Shown in pieces: positions 20,817-31,535 of a DNA stretch of 64,000 nucleotides. Within the stretch, counting starts at the first letter, position 1. Every line of letters begins with the position of its first letter. The translations under genes were made by a program, and so were the position numbers. This DNA comes from an uncultured Verrucomicrobiales bacterium. Its GTDB lineage: Bacteria > Verrucomicrobiota > Verrucomicrobiia > Verrucomicrobiales > DEV007. The stretch is from positions 15,191 to 79,190 of the forward strand of contig CALKOM010000084.1 in the NCBI GenBank assembly GCA_938091905.1, written 5' to 3'. The notes under the pieces were generated by a model. That model searched no databases. It was not told the origin of the DNA and saw only the letters and a list, made by a program, of their open reading frames with translations.

Positions 20817-21146
20817 GTGGCTAAAAAACCATCTACCATCAAAGACAAGTACACTAAGACTCAAATCTTGGACGCTGTTGCCGAAGAAACCGAGCTCACT
20901 CGGAAGCAAGTTTCAGCAGTCCTCGACTCCTTGACCGGCGTCATCGAGCTTCACATCAAGAAGCGTTCTGTAGGCGAGTTTGTCCTCCCCGGCCTTCTCA
21001 AGATCACCACCGTGAAGAAGCCAGCGACAAAAGAGCGCAAAGGCATCAATCCATTCACGAAAGAAGAAACCACGTTCAAGGCAAAGCCAGCATCCATCGC
21101 GGTAAAGGCACGCCCTCTCAAGCGACTCAAGGACATGGCGATGTAG
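20817..21146 (+). CDS. HU/IHF family DNA-binding protein
   Basis: TKTQIL..VAEETELTRKQV; FVLPGL; RKGINPFTKE. Confidence 0.9.
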   Translation: MAKKPSTIKDKYTKTQILDAVAEETELTRKQVSAVLDSLTGVIELHIKKRSVGEFVLPGLLKITTVKKPATKERKGINPFTKEETTFKAKPASIAVKARPLKRLKDMAM

Positions 21147-21198
21147 TCGCCTGTCCGCTTTGCTAGGCCGGAGACTTCTCCAGCTAAGGAAAGATTGT

Positions 21199-21240
21199 CA
21201 AACCCGCGTGGCCGTCCGGTCGCGCGGGTTTGCTCTTTTA
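21199..21240 (+). terminator. rho-independent terminator after the HU gene
   Basis: caaacccgcgtggcc / ggtcgcgcgggtttg stem plus T-rich tail. Confidence 0.65.
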
Positions 21241-21264
21241 TGGCAGTGGACCAAAGATGGAAAG

Positions 21265-21615
21265 ATGAGCACGGAGTCTAACAATCCCCCAGAGCACATG
21301 CACTATCAAATGATCGGAGAGGACACCTCCACGATCGCAGAGAAGCTTGCCAAGTATGCTGGCAAAGCCTCCTGGGACGATCTCAAGGCTCACTTGGATA
21401 GCGGCTCTCTCATCTACGTAGACGAGTCTCTCGACCTCACAGAGACCGCGCAGGCATTCGCTGATGACGACCAAGCGCGTGTCGCTGATTGGCTCAAGTC
21501 TGGCGATCTTGTGAAGCCATCCGCGCCGCACGGCGCGTACTGGGAATCGATCGAGGCATCGTTTGAGTGCCGCATCGTGTCACCCTTCATACTGATCCAG
21601 CCAGCCACCAGCTAG
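21265..21615 (+). CDS. DUF2288-like protein
   Basis: WDDLKAH..G.LIYV...LDL...A.A.ADDD...V..WL..G; IVSPFILIQ. Confidence 0.75.
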   Translation: MSTESNNPPEHMHYQMIGEDTSTIAEKLAKYAGKASWDDLKAHLDSGSLIYVDESLDLTETAQAFADDDQARVADWLKSGDLVKPSAPHGAYWESIEASFECRIVSPFILIQPATS

Positions 21616-22103
21616 ATGATCACGTGCTCGAACTCGCGCGTGCCTGTTTCAAACAAACCATAACTCACGGTGCCGAAGCGGCCCATAATCTCCCCGGGGT
21701 TCGCCCAGAGCGTGTCGCCAATCTCCTCCTGATACCGCTGATGGTCGTGCCCGCTGAAGACCGCATCGTAGGCCCCACTTTGCGCCAAGCGCTTTCCCAG
21801 CTCCGGATAATGCTGAAGCGCGATCTTTACACCATCGATTTCCAGCTCAGCGAGCGGATGATGAAGGGTCACCTGCGGTAACTTGTTCGCCACCTGCATA
21901 AGGAGAAAAACGTCACCGTCGTTGTTTCCAAAGACGGCATCGATCGGCCCATCAAATCCCTCAGCCAATGCTGCCAAGCTGAAAGGCGCGCAGAAGTCTC
22001 CCAAGAAACAGAGACGTTCTGCTCCCGAACCCTTCACAGACGTCAATACACGTTCAAGTTGATCGATCCGATCATGGCTATCACTAAGGATCGCGATCTT
22101 CAT
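21612..22103 (-). CDS. YfcE-like metallophosphoesterase
   Basis: SDSHD, GD, GNND, GHDH and NPGE motifs. Confidence 0.9.
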   Translation of the reverse strand: MKIAILSDSHDRIDQLERVLTSVKGSGAERLCFLGDFCAPFSLAALAEGFDGPIDAVFGNNDGDVFLLMQVANKLPQVTLHHPLAELEIDGVKIALQHYPELGKRLAQSGAYDAVFSGHDHQRYQEEIGDTLWANPGEIMGRFGTVSYGLFETGTREFEHVII

Positions 22104-22174
22104 CGGCTACTGAAACATACTGCTAGATAGCTTCGGCATCCTGCCAGAGTCACGGACAGCATGCCCGTGTTTCC

Positions 22175-24007
22175 CTAAAGCGCAGACGGGACGTTGCCTT
22201 TGAAATCTTCAGCGATGCGCTCGGTAATGATGTCTTTGTAAGACATGCCACCTGGAATCATTGGCAACACGTGCTCTGTGTAAGGCACCATGATGTCGAG
22301 CACATAAGCTTCATCGGCAGCAAGCATCCGTTCGATAGCTGGACGAACTTCCTCGCGCTCCGTGACGCGTTCACAAGTCACCCCAAAGCCAGCGCACATG
22401 GTCACGTAGTCTGGATAAATGTTATCCTCAGCCGCATTCGGGTCGCCTAGATAAGTGTGCGCGCGGTTACTCTCGTATTTGAGGTCCTCCCACTGCACCA
22501 CCATACCAAGGTGCTGATTGTTCAGAATAATCGCCTTTGCCGCGATCTTCTCGACCTTGGCCGTGGCGAGTTCCTGGATGTTCATGAGGAACGAGCCGTC
22601 ACCGTCGATATCCACCACTTCCATATCAGGGAAAGCGAGCTTCGCTCCAAGAGCTGCCGGATAGCCATATCCCATCGACCCTAGGCCGGCCGAGGTGATG
22701 AAACGACGAGGGTGGTCGTAATGATAATACTGGCCAGCCCACATCTGGTGCTGACCCACACCCGTTGTCACAATGAGATCTCCCTTAGTTAGATCATAGA
22801 GCTGCTCAAGGGGATACTGTGGTGGGATGAGCTTCGGATCGGGATCCTGGTAGCCCAGTGGGAAGTCTTTCTTCCATCCGGCGATCTTCTCATACCAGTC
22901 CGGGAACTGATCGTGCCCAGAAACACGGGCTTTCGAGCCGCCTTTCTCTAACAATTCATTGAGACGCGCCAAGGCTTCCTTGATGTTGGCCAGGATTGGC
23001 AACTTCACGTCCTTGTTCTTGTTGATCTCGGAATTGTCGATGTCGATGTGGACGATCGTACCATGCTTGGCAAACTCTGACACCTTTCCAGTCACACGAT
23101 CATCAAATCGCACGCCGAGAGCTAGCAAGAGATCAGCCTCGTTCACCGCATTGTTCGCATAAACAGTGCCGTGCATGCCTAACCATTTCAGCGAGAGATT
23201 GTGGCTTTCTGGGAAAGAACCCACACCCATGATCGTGCTCGCCACCGGGATGCCCGTACGCTCAACAAATTCTTTCAATTCTCCCGCAGCTTCGGCAGAG
23301 ATGATGCCACCACCGCAGTAGATCATGGGGCGCTTGGCTTCCTTGATCAGACCGATGACCTCATTCAAAGCCACCTCATCAAGCGGGCGTGTGGGATCAT
23401 AACCGCGCAAGTTGATTTCGTTAGGATACACCGGTTGAGCCCGCGACTCCTGCACGTCTTTAGGCATGTCGATCACGACTGGACCAGGGCGTCCCGTGTT
23501 CGCGATGTAAAAGGCCTCTTTCACGATGCGAGGAATCTCGTTGATGTCCGTGACCAAATAGCTGTGCTTCACCACGGGAAGCGTCATGCCAAAGAAATCT
23601 GTTTCCTGAAATGCGCCACGACCAATCATGGTCTGGGGCACCTGACCCGTGATCGTCACCATCGGCGTGCTATCAAGAAAGGCGTCAGCAATGGCCGTGA
23701 CCAAGTTTGTCGCGCCAGGACCAGAAGTCGCCATGCAAACACCCACTTTGCCCGTCGCTCGAGCGTAGCCTTCAGCGGCGAAGGAACCTCCTTGCTCGTG
23801 GCGCGGCAGCACCGTCCGAATCTGGTCTGATTTCGTCAGCGCCTGGTGAATTGGCATGCTGGCACCACCCGGATAGGCAAAGATGAGTTCGACCCCTTCC
23901 CGCTCCATACAGCTGACCAGGATCTCTGCCCCGGTCATGGCTTCGCCCCGCTCTAAAGAGGACGTCTCGGTGGATTTGGTTTTGGTTTTGGTCGATTTGG
24001 TACTCAT
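22175..24007 (-). CDS. ilvB: acetolactate synthase large subunit
   Basis: [23 protein letters not shown] and GDGSF..N motifs; start placed at MSTKSTK (24007) rather than 24550. Confidence 0.95.
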   Translation of the reverse strand: MSTKSTKTKTKSTETSSLERGEAMTGAEILVSCMEREGVELIFAYPGGASMPIHQALTKSDQIRTVLPRHEQGGSFAAEGYARATGKVGVCMATSGPGATNLVTAIADAFLDSTPMVTITGQVPQTMIGRGAFQETDFFGMTLPVVKHSYLVTDINEIPRIVKEAFYIANTGRPGPVVIDMPKDVQESRAQPVYPNEINLRGYDPTRPLDEVALNEVIGLIKEAKRPMIYCGGGIISAEAAGELKEFVERTGIPVASTIMGVGSFPESHNLSLKWLGMHGTVYANNAVNEADLLLALGVRFDDRVTGKVSEFAKHGTIVHIDIDNSEINKNKDVKLPILANIKEALARLNELLEKGGSKARVSGHDQFPDWYEKIAGWKKDFPLGYQDPDPKLIPPQYPLEQLYDLTKGDLIVTTGVGQHQMWAGQYYHYDHPRRFITSAGLGSMGYGYPAALGAKLAFPDMEVVDIDGDGSFLMNIQELATAKVEKIAAKAIILNNQHLGMVVQWEDLKYESNRAHTYLGDPNAAEDNIYPDYVTMCAGFGVTCERVTEREEVRPAIERMLAADEAYVLDIMVPYTEHVLPMIPGGMSYKDIITERIAEDFKGNVPSAL

Positions 24008-24709
24008 GATGATTCTAGCCGCCTTTCGGCTTAAGTTTCGGAACGAAAGGTCTACGTCCAAACACGGAAAGCGCAAGTTCGGAGCCTCTAATCCCCGCGA
24101 AGCGCTGCCGCCTATGCTTTCGAGATCTCTTCGATTTCCCAATCTGGGCGGCGGAAGAGAGCTGGGCTCCAGGTGCGTTGCAGCTTCCAGCCTTGGGCCT
24201 GAAGAATGGCCGACCGGAACAGGTCCCAGGTCACTGGTCTGAGTAAAGCGCGAGAAATCCTTGAGCACCCCGGCAGCGACCTCATCCGTTCTCACGGGGT
24301 GCGGCAACGCCGCATCGAGTAAAAAGCCTTCATTTCCCCAGTAGACCACGCTGCCAATACCATGAGCCGATAGAAGGCTTTCGCCCAATGCCCGCGCTGT
24401 CGCCGAAGGCATTCTCGATTCCTCCACCCACACAAATGCAGGCTCACCTCGAGACGCCTCTTGCTCCTCGACCGCCCAGGCGTTCTTTAGGGATTCGGCC
24501 AACGTGCAGATAGGCATAAAGGTAGTAACGGCCATTGGGATCCTTGGCATCTGGAAGCGCTGGCAAACTCACATACTCCGATCGCGGAATGGACGTGAGC
24601 ACCGCCACGCGTTCACGCACTCGCGTGACCAACACATTCAAACCAAGGGGCCACGCATGAAGGCTCATTAAGGCCACTGCAGCATTGCCTGGAGGACCAT
24701 GGCAGCTCC

Positions 24710-26212
24710 CTACAACCAGCCACCCGCGTTCAACTCACGGGTCAGTTTCATCTGTCGGTCACGCTGCTCCGCGTAGGCCGCTTGGGCTTCAGGATGAGGC
24801 TCACATCGCGATGCCTGATCGACGGCAACAATCCGGCTGGTGAGACTCTCCAAACCAGACCTATCAAATTTACCACCACCGGTATGGCAGGCCGCCGCTT
24901 GGAGAGCCGCCCCAAGGCTGGCCCCCTCCGCCGTCTGCAAACAAACCGTGGCCGAGCCCAACGCATCCGCCATGATCTGACGCCACACCGAACTCTTACT
25001 GCCGCCACCCGTGAGACGAATTTCCGTCGGGCTGACACCGAGATCACTGAATCGCTGCATGCCATGACCCAAGCCTAACGTCACCCCTTCCATCGCGGCT
25101 CGCGCCATGTGGGCCGGCGTCATGTTCTCATCCGTTAGGCCATAGAGCACGGCCTTACCGTCAGGTAGATTCGGCGTGCGTTCGCCATGCAAGTAAGGCA
25201 AGAAGAGCAACCCATCAGCACCCGGGGAGATGCTCGCCACGTTCTTCTCGAGCTCGGGCAATTCCCAAGCAAAGAGACCGCGCGTCTTCTCTGTGAGAAC
25301 GGTGACATTCATCGTGCAAACAAGCGGCATCCACTGATCAGTACTATCACAGAAAGCAGCGATCTCCCCCTGGTCGTCAATCACTGGCGCATCCGCCGAT
25401 CCAAAGAGCGTCCCTGACGTGCCCAGACTCGCCGTGATGACACCCGCGCGGACATTTCCCGTCCCAATGGCTCCCATCATGTTGTCCCCGCCACCTGCAC
25501 TGACAATCACCTCATTGGTTAGGCCCCACTCTTTGGCCAGGGAAGGCTTGAGCGTCCCGTGCGCTTCACTGGAAGAACCCAGTGGAGGCAACATCTCGCG
25601 TAGACGCGGGTCAATGTGATCAATCAATTCATCAGACCAGACGCGCTTGCGCACATCCAAGATCGCCATGCCCGACGCGTCGCCGTATTCCATGCGCTTC
25701 ACATCGGTGAGCCAGAAATTCAGATAGTCGTGAGGGAGCAGCACGCTCTTCGTCTTGGCAAAGTTGTCCGGCTCATTCTCTTTCAACCACAGGATCTTCG
25801 GCGCGGTGTAGCCAGGCAGCATCGCATTCCCCGCCTTCGCAATGATCGCTTCTTGTCCACCAAAGTGCGTCGCCATGGCATCGCACTGCCGCGCCGTCGA
25901 CGTGTCACACCAAAGCTTGGCCGCACGCACTGGGAGATCAGCCTCATCAAGCACGACGAGTCCATGCTGCTGCCCACTCACCCCGATGCCACGCACCTCT
26001 TGTTTCCGATCCCCAAGTTGGAACAGCACGCTCTGCACGGTCTTTGCCGTCGCCTCTGTCCAGTCACTCGGGTGCTGCTCGAGATGCCCATTGGGCAGAC
26101 CATCAATCAGGCTGTAGGTTTCCTGCGCCTGCGCGAGAATGTCGCCGGAGTCAAGATCCAGAGCGATGGTCTTGGTGCTCTGGGTGCCACTGTCGATGCC
26201 AAGGTAGATCAT
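24710..26212 (-). CDS. xylB: xylulokinase
   Basis: MIYLGIDSGTQS, SGQQHG, GGGDN, GERTP and GGGSKS FGGY-kinase motifs. Confidence 0.9.
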   Translation of the reverse strand: MIYLGIDSGTQSTKTIALDLDSGDILAQAQETYSLIDGLPNGHLEQHPSDWTEATAKTVQSVLFQLGDRKQEVRGIGVSGQQHGLVVLDEADLPVRAAKLWCDTSTARQCDAMATHFGGQEAIIAKAGNAMLPGYTAPKILWLKENEPDNFAKTKSVLLPHDYLNFWLTDVKRMEYGDASGMAILDVRKRVWSDELIDHIDPRLREMLPPLGSSSEAHGTLKPSLAKEWGLTNEVIVSAGGGDNMMGAIGTGNVRAGVITASLGTSGTLFGSADAPVIDDQGEIAAFCDSTDQWMPLVCTMNVTVLTEKTRGLFAWELPELEKNVASISPGADGLLFLPYLHGERTPNLPDGKAVLYGLTDENMTPAHMARAAMEGVTLGLGHGMQRFSDLGVSPTEIRLTGGGSKSSVWRQIMADALGSATVCLQTAEGASLGAALQAAACHTGGGKFDRSGLESLTSRIVAVDQASRCEPHPEAQAAYAEQRDRQMKLTRELNAGGWL

Positions 26213-26298
26213 ATCACCGTTCTCAACGTTCCGCCTGAATTCTGCAAGTCGGACTTGCGTCGAAGCCACGCGGGCGCTCATGATCGCCCCATAAACTT

Positions 26299-26676
26299 AT
26301 GATTCGGAAACTCCTCCACACACGCTACCGGGTCGCCGATCTGGACAAGACCATCGCGTTCTACAAAGACGTCCTCGGGCTCGAGGAGACTCGACGCCAC
26401 GAAAGCCCTCGCGGCTCGAAGCTCGTCTTTCTCAAGGCTCCGGAGAGTGAAGAACTCATCGAAATCTGCCAATACGACGGCAGCGGCCCCGTGGAAGTGG
26501 GTCATGATCTCACCCACTTGGCATTCTCCGTGGACGATATGGACGCCTTCGCCAAACACGCAGAATCCAAGGGTTATCCCCTATCAGACGGCCCCACCCA
26601 GAGCAAATCAGGTATCTTTGCCTTCATCGACGCCCCAGAAGGCTACGAAATCGAGCTGATCCAGCACGGTTCTTGA
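26299..26676 (+). CDS. VOC family protein, lactoylglutathione lyase-like
   Basis: LLHTRYRV.DL...FY..VLG; HLAF.V; FIDAPEGYEIELI. Confidence 0.85.
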   Translation: MIRKLLHTRYRVADLDKTIAFYKDVLGLEETRRHESPRGSKLVFLKAPESEELIEICQYDGSGPVEVGHDLTHLAFSVDDMDAFAKHAESKGYPLSDGPTQSKSGIFAFIDAPEGYEIELIQHGS

Positions 26677-26717
26677 GTTGCTTTCATCGGCACTCGCCCT
26701 TTCTATAAACCGACGGC

Positions 26718-26999
26718 ATGGAATTCGACTGGATAGACGTTTACTTCGACCTCAAAAAGGTCATCCCGAAGGAGATTGAAGAGTCTTTCGAAGACCCCTT
26801 TGCTATCAAGTTGCTCCCAGACGGCGACTACGGGAATGGCAAAGAGGCCCGTTATTTCTGCCTTGGCAAGACCATTCAGAACCGACCGCTCTTCAGCGTC
26901 TTCTGGACAAATGGCAAACAGTTCCGCGTCGTGCTCGCCCGCGAGATGTCTGAGGACGAGCAGAACTTTTACGAACGCAAGAACGCTAGCCTAGACTAA
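26718..26999 (+). CDS. BrnT family toxin-like protein
   Basis: MEFDW..EIEESFEDP..EARY..LG..R.V.AR.M...E..FY. Confidence 0.75.
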   Translation: MEFDWIDVYFDLKKVIPKEIEESFEDPFAIKLLPDGDYGNGKEARYFCLGKTIQNRPLFSVFWTNGKQFRVVLAREMSEDEQNFYERKNASLD

Positions 27000-27009
27000 C
27001 TCATTTGCT

Positions 27010-27285
27010 ATGGCCGCCATGAAAACCGTCGCAAACTGGGAACAGATTCCCAAGTTCAAGAGCAAGAAAGAAGAAGCCACCTTCTGGGAAGTGCATCAGT
27101 TAGATCCACGTCTCATGAATTCCTCGGTGCATCGACCCGACAACCGCGAGTCGACCACGATCACGTTGCGCTTCGATCCCAGGATGCTTGCCCGTATCAA
27201 GCGCATTGCCCGCTCCCGCTACCTCAACTATCAGAGCATGATCAAGCAATGGTTGAGCGAGCGCCTGGAGCAGGAGAACTTGTAG
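27010..27285 (+). CDS. BrnA/CopG-type antitoxin
   Basis: IPKFKS..EEA.FW..H; TITLR...L..IK..A....NYQSMIK.WL ribbon-helix-helix. Confidence 0.8.
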   Translation: MAAMKTVANWEQIPKFKSKKEEATFWEVHQLDPRLMNSSVHRPDNRESTTITLRFDPRMLARIKRIARSRYLNYQSMIKQWLSERLEQENL

Positions 27286-27360
27286 AGCGACGAAGGACAT
27301 GGACAATCTCAATAGAAGTGATGGAGACAGCAGACCTCATTGGTCCCGGCGAGAATGCTT

Positions 27361-27800
27361 TCAAGGTAATTGGCTCACCCTGAGGCGATAAAAGTGCTTC
27401 CCTGACTCTTGATCTTCCTGAAGATGAAGAGTCAGCAACTCGGGACACCCTCTATTTTGAAATCCTTTCCCGTCTGGCTGTCAAATTGATAGACCGATTC
27501 GCAGCCCTTTAGGTCCTCACTCCGTTCAATTGTCCAAAGCAAATCCGCCAGTTTTTGGCTGAAACCCAAACGAGTAAATGAGGTCTCCTTCTTCTGTTAG
27601 GCTGCTCTGCGGATACTCTTCTGAAGTATTTGAGAGCATTCCGTCGGCACGTAAGGCAAATTCCAAACCGTTTGGGATACCATCATGATCGGCGTCGGAT
27701 TTAAAGCTACGACCACCGGCATCGGAAGGCTGTTGCGCTGCCCGTGACGCATAGCTCTTTGCCGGGAGCGTCCTATCGTCTACTCTGCTGACATTGGACT
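27361..27800 (-). pseudogene. remnant of a Verrucomicrobia-type secreted-protein C-terminal domain
   Basis: Own translation across frameshifts: SYASRAAQ..DADHDGIPNGLEFAL, WTIERSEDL, HFYRLRVSQLP*. Confidence 0.6.
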
Positions 27801-27913
27801 AAGAATCTTGAGAACTCCAGCTCTACATGACTTCTGCGTGGACTGGACTGCAGTGAGGCTTTAATACAGACAGGCTATTCCAAGCTCGGGTGCCAACACT
27901 AATCTAATGATGA

Positions 27914-28735
27914 ATGGAAATTGATCGGATAGTCACTTCTCGCAGTCTGTTAGAAAGCCTCGTGCATGGCCCCCTTCTTGTAACGGATCTACCAGAAGCT
28001 CAGACGCTTGGAACGAACGGACTAGCACTTCCTGTGGCTCCGTCGACGCTCAATCTTCAACAGAAATTGGGGCATCTCTATGAGGACGCTCTATCAGTCC
28101 TGCTAAGAGCTTCGCCAACCTTTGATGTGCTCGAAGAGAATCTTCAAATACAGGAAGACGCGCACACAACAGTGGGAGAATTAGATTTCCTTCTTCGCAA
28201 GCGAGAAGGTGGACAGCTCATTCATCTTGAATTGGCGACCAAATTCTACCTCGCTGCGGAAACGGGGAACGGTATCATTCTTCCTGGACCGGACGCGCGG
28301 GACAACTACTACAGAAAGCTCAGGCGGCTACGCGAGCATCAGCTTGTGCTCACACGCACGCATCAACATTGTCTCCCTGAACGGTATCGAGAGGAAGCGA
28401 TCATCGTGAAACAACTCATCTATGGTTGTTTCTTCGATCATGTTAGCGCCAGCAAGCAAGCCTCGCCTGACTTCGCAAACCGACATTGCCGACGTGGGCG
28501 TTGGTTGCATGCGCATGAGTGTGTCGACTACTTTTCACCGGGCACCCGCTTAGAGATTATTCCTAAACCGTTATGGCCTGTGCCACTAAAACTTCTCCAA
28601 GGTATCAAGCTGGAACGTTGGTCCCATGAGCAACCGGTCGATCGCTGCTTGATGGTTCGCGTTGCTAAAGAACGCACACCATATTTCATTGCGCCTTCTG
28701 GCTATCCTGGAACTGGAACTGGAACTGGAACTTGA
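27914..28735 (+). CDS. DUF1853-like protein (PD-(D/E)XK nuclease-like)
   Basis: KLGHLYE; TVGELDFLL; HLELATKFYL; GPDARD...KL. Confidence 0.8.
   Translation: MEIDRIVTSRSLLESLVHGPLLVTDLPEAQTLGTNGLALPVAPSTLNLQQKLGHLYEDALSVLLRASPTFDVLEENLQIQEDAHTTVGELDFLLRKREGGQLIHLELATKFYLAAETGNGIILPGPDARDNYYRKLRRLREHQLVLTRTHQHCLPERYREEAIIVKQLIYGCFFDHVSASKQASPDFANRHCRRGRWLHAHECVDYFSPGTRLEIIPKPLWPVPLKLLQGIKLERWSHEQPVDRCLMVRVAKERTPYFIAPSGYPGTGTGTGT
28709..28732 (+). repeat. hexanucleotide tandem repeat (GGAACT)4
   Basis: Read directly; encodes the terminal GTGTGTGT. Confidence 0.9.
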
Positions 28736-28931
28736 GCTAGAAGCTCAAGCTACCCTACCTTCTTGTGCCTAGCGAAGGTGGCAACTGACGGCCGCTTGGT
28801 AAAAGACGGCTCGCAGAATAAAGGGCAAGAATGTCTTCCCTACAGCCCCACGAACTGCTGGTCATCCCCACACAAAGAAGCCCGTTCTCACATTAGCAGG
28901 AACAGGCTTCTTGATAGAGTTGCTAACTCGA

Positions 28932-30776
28932 CTACTTCGCGTAGGCCCCGATCTTCTCGATCTTGACCGTGCGGGATGGACCGTCGCCGTCCGCGTGAAT
29001 CTCGACTTCGTCCCCTTCTTTGTGGCCTGAGAGGGCTTTGCCAGTAGCGGAGAGGTAAGAGATGATTCCTTGATCAAGGTCCGTATCCCACGCTCCGAGG
29101 ATGGAGTAGGTTTCGCTCTTGCTCGAGCCTTCCTTGATGGTGACCACAGTGCCGACACCTACCTTAGACGCATCTGCGTCGGCAAAGTCCGTGCCACGGG
29201 CCGCGTTGATCTCCATTTCAAGATCATCCTTCTGCCGCATGAGCACCGCTTGCTGATCCTTTGCAGCTTTGAACTCGAAGTTCTCCCGGAGGTCACCATA
29301 GGAAGCCGCGACAGAAATCTCTTTCGTGTTCTCTGGAATCTTGTTCTTAATGATGTCCTCAAGCTGGGCTTTGCGCTTCTCAATGCTGTCCCAGGAAACG
29401 ATGAGGCCTTCATCTAAGATCTCATCATCACCGGCTTCGCCCGTGACCATTTGCTGGATGTCCGGATGGGCCTTAATGACCCGTGCGAGCAGAGAGTTCC
29501 GGCTGAGATCTTCGATCGCCGGCGTGTTCTTGAGGCGCCGGGCAAACATTCGAATCTGATTTCGGCTAGCTTCTTCTAGCAAATCACTCACGAGCAGGGA
29601 GTCGGCCATGAGGATGTCTTGTAGCTTATTTGATTTCTTGGCGTCGTCGTCGTAATGATCGCGCTCTAGGGCATTGATAGCGGCAGACGCGAGCTCGGGA
29701 CCAAAGACCGACTCAGCAAGACGACGGCGTTCCTTACAGATCCATGCGAGCACTTCCGTGCTCAAAGACCGCTGCTGAATGCCGAGTTTGAGGAAATCTT
29801 CTAGCTCCTGGCCTTTCTCTCGATCAATCGCTAGCCGAGCTACGTCTCCCACACCCCTGAGGTTGACCACATTGATAAGACCAAAGAGAACCTCAGACCA
29901 ACGGTCGCCAAAGGCGGGTTCGAATGCCTCGTAAATTCGACGCTGTCCTGCAGCAGGCAGTTGCCCAATGATGTCGCGGAGATTGCTCTCGTTCTCGATG
30001 ACGATCTCGCTGATCGCGGGCTTATCGAGGCCCTCTGCGAGATCAGGAACGGCTTCTTGAAGACGCTCGCGAGCGGCAATCAGTTCGATCGCCGCAGCGG
30101 TCTGGAGACGTTGACTCTTGCTCGCAGCTTCGTTGATCGATTCGACAACGGGCCTGAGTTTGTCGACCGCGTTCTCGATTTGCTCCAAGTCCTTCACGAT
30201 CGCATCCACCGCCGCGACCTTGGCCTTGAGCTCTCGGGCATTGTTAAAGTCTTCGAGGAGGCCGTCCTCGATGTTTAGGTCACTGGGGCGAAGCTCCAAG
30301 GGCACGTTGCGCTTGGATGGCACGACAAAGAGGCGATTCTGACGCATCTTCTTCTTCGCGTTGTCCCACCAGGTTCGGTATTTCTCATCAGAAACGACGG
30401 TTCCTTTGAGCACCTCCTCCACCTGATCGAGGAGCATGCTATTGTTGTAACAGGACACGACCTCCTGCATCAGAGTCACTGGATCATCGACGGCCAGTTG
30501 CTGGAGCTCTTCCAACTTTTCCAGGCGCTTTGCAAGAATATGGTCTTCGCTAATCGGCTTGAGAGATTTCGCGGCAAACTCCAATTTCATGCCGTGATTC
30601 GGCTTCCCCTCAAAATCCAGATAGATGCGATCTCCGAGAAGATCCCATGACGCGACTTTACCAACCCCCCAGCTCTTATGGAGACAATACACACCAACGT
30701 CGAGGGCGGAGAGGGCATCTCCGTAGCGACCTTGCAACTTACCTGAATCTACGAGTTTCTGAACTTCCTCATTCAT
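28932..30776 (-). CDS. greA: transcription elongation factor GreA with long N-terminal extension (PVC type)
   Basis: C-terminal IPENTKEI..A.SYGDLRENFEFKAAK; ILGAWD; ISYLS..G. Confidence 0.9.
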   Translation of the reverse strand: MNEEVQKLVDSGKLQGRYGDALSALDVGVYCLHKSWGVGKVASWDLLGDRIYLDFEGKPNHGMKLEFAAKSLKPISEDHILAKRLEKLEELQQLAVDDPVTLMQEVVSCYNNSMLLDQVEEVLKGTVVSDEKYRTWWDNAKKKMRQNRLFVVPSKRNVPLELRPSDLNIEDGLLEDFNNARELKAKVAAVDAIVKDLEQIENAVDKLRPVVESINEAASKSQRLQTAAAIELIAARERLQEAVPDLAEGLDKPAISEIVIENESNLRDIIGQLPAAGQRRIYEAFEPAFGDRWSEVLFGLINVVNLRGVGDVARLAIDREKGQELEDFLKLGIQQRSLSTEVLAWICKERRRLAESVFGPELASAAINALERDHYDDDAKKSNKLQDILMADSLLVSDLLEEASRNQIRMFARRLKNTPAIEDLSRNSLLARVIKAHPDIQQMVTGEAGDDEILDEGLIVSWDSIEKRKAQLEDIIKNKIPENTKEISVAASYGDLRENFEFKAAKDQQAVLMRQKDDLEMEINAARGTDFADADASKVGVGTVVTIKEGSSKSETYSILGAWDTDLDQGIISYLSATGKALSGHKEGDEVEIHADGDGPSRTVKIEKIGAYAK

Positions 30777-30904
30777 GAGAATCTACAAGTAAGTACCATG
30801 GGAAAACTTCGCCAACTCTTTTCCCAATCTTTCACGCAAATTCCTCACTTTAGACAACTTAGTGATTGCAAATCGAGCCGAAAGTAACCAATTTCACACC
30901 GTCT

Positions 30905-31318
30905 ATGATGAAAAAGTTTCTTTCCACGCTCCTCGCTCTTGGAATTGCAGGCACTTGCTTCGCTGATATTCAAGCTCCGCCTAACTCCGGCCAGACAGCT
31001 ATCCACAAGCTGGGTCGTGGCTTTTCCAATGTCCTCTACGGTATCACCGAGCTTCCTTTGCGCGTGATCAACGTCAACGCAGCAGATGGCAATAGCGCTG
31101 GTTTCGGCGTTGGTTTGGTCGAAGGCACTCAACGCAGCATCACCCGAGTGGGTTATGGACTCTTCGAGATTCTGACGTTCCCGGCAAAGACCTACAAGCA
31201 GAGCTACAAAGCTCCTTATCAGGACATCGAGTATGATCCCTATAATGGCTACTCCGAGTTCTCTCCTGAGATCGGCTGGCAGTCCAAGTATGCCTACGGT
31301 CGCAAGCAAAACTATTAA
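30905..31318 (+). CDS. exosortase-system-associated protein (TIGR04073-like)
   Basis: Signal peptide; KLGRGFSNVLYG..ELP; G.FEILTFP. Confidence 0.75.
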   Translation: MMKKFLSTLLALGIAGTCFADIQAPPNSGQTAIHKLGRGFSNVLYGITELPLRVINVNAADGNSAGFGVGLVEGTQRSITRVGYGLFEILTFPAKTYKQSYKAPYQDIEYDPYNGYSEFSPEIGWQSKYAYGRKQNY

Positions 31319-31343
31319 GCGAGTTCTCGCGTAAGCTTTACTG

Positions 31344-31384
31344 AAAACCCTGACGGACTCGGTTCCGTCAGGGTTTTTTATTTT
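31344..31384 (+). terminator. rho-independent terminator
   Basis: aaaaccctgacgga / tccgtcagggtttt perfect 14-bp stem plus T-tract. Confidence 0.85.
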
Positions 31385-31535
31385 ACGGTTCTGAAGATTC
31401 CCGGTTCCCCACATCTACCCTTCCTGATCAGGGTTCTTGTGGAACGCTTCCAACCATGCTTAGGAGGCGTATCCACATAACACTCGAAGTCGCTCAACAA
31501 TCGACGCCCGCTTCTCCCCGACCTACCTCATAACG

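Noticed and set aside
28709..28732. (GGAACT)4 as a phase-variation switch
   Set aside because: A 6-nt unit at the extreme 3' end cannot change frame or the protein core
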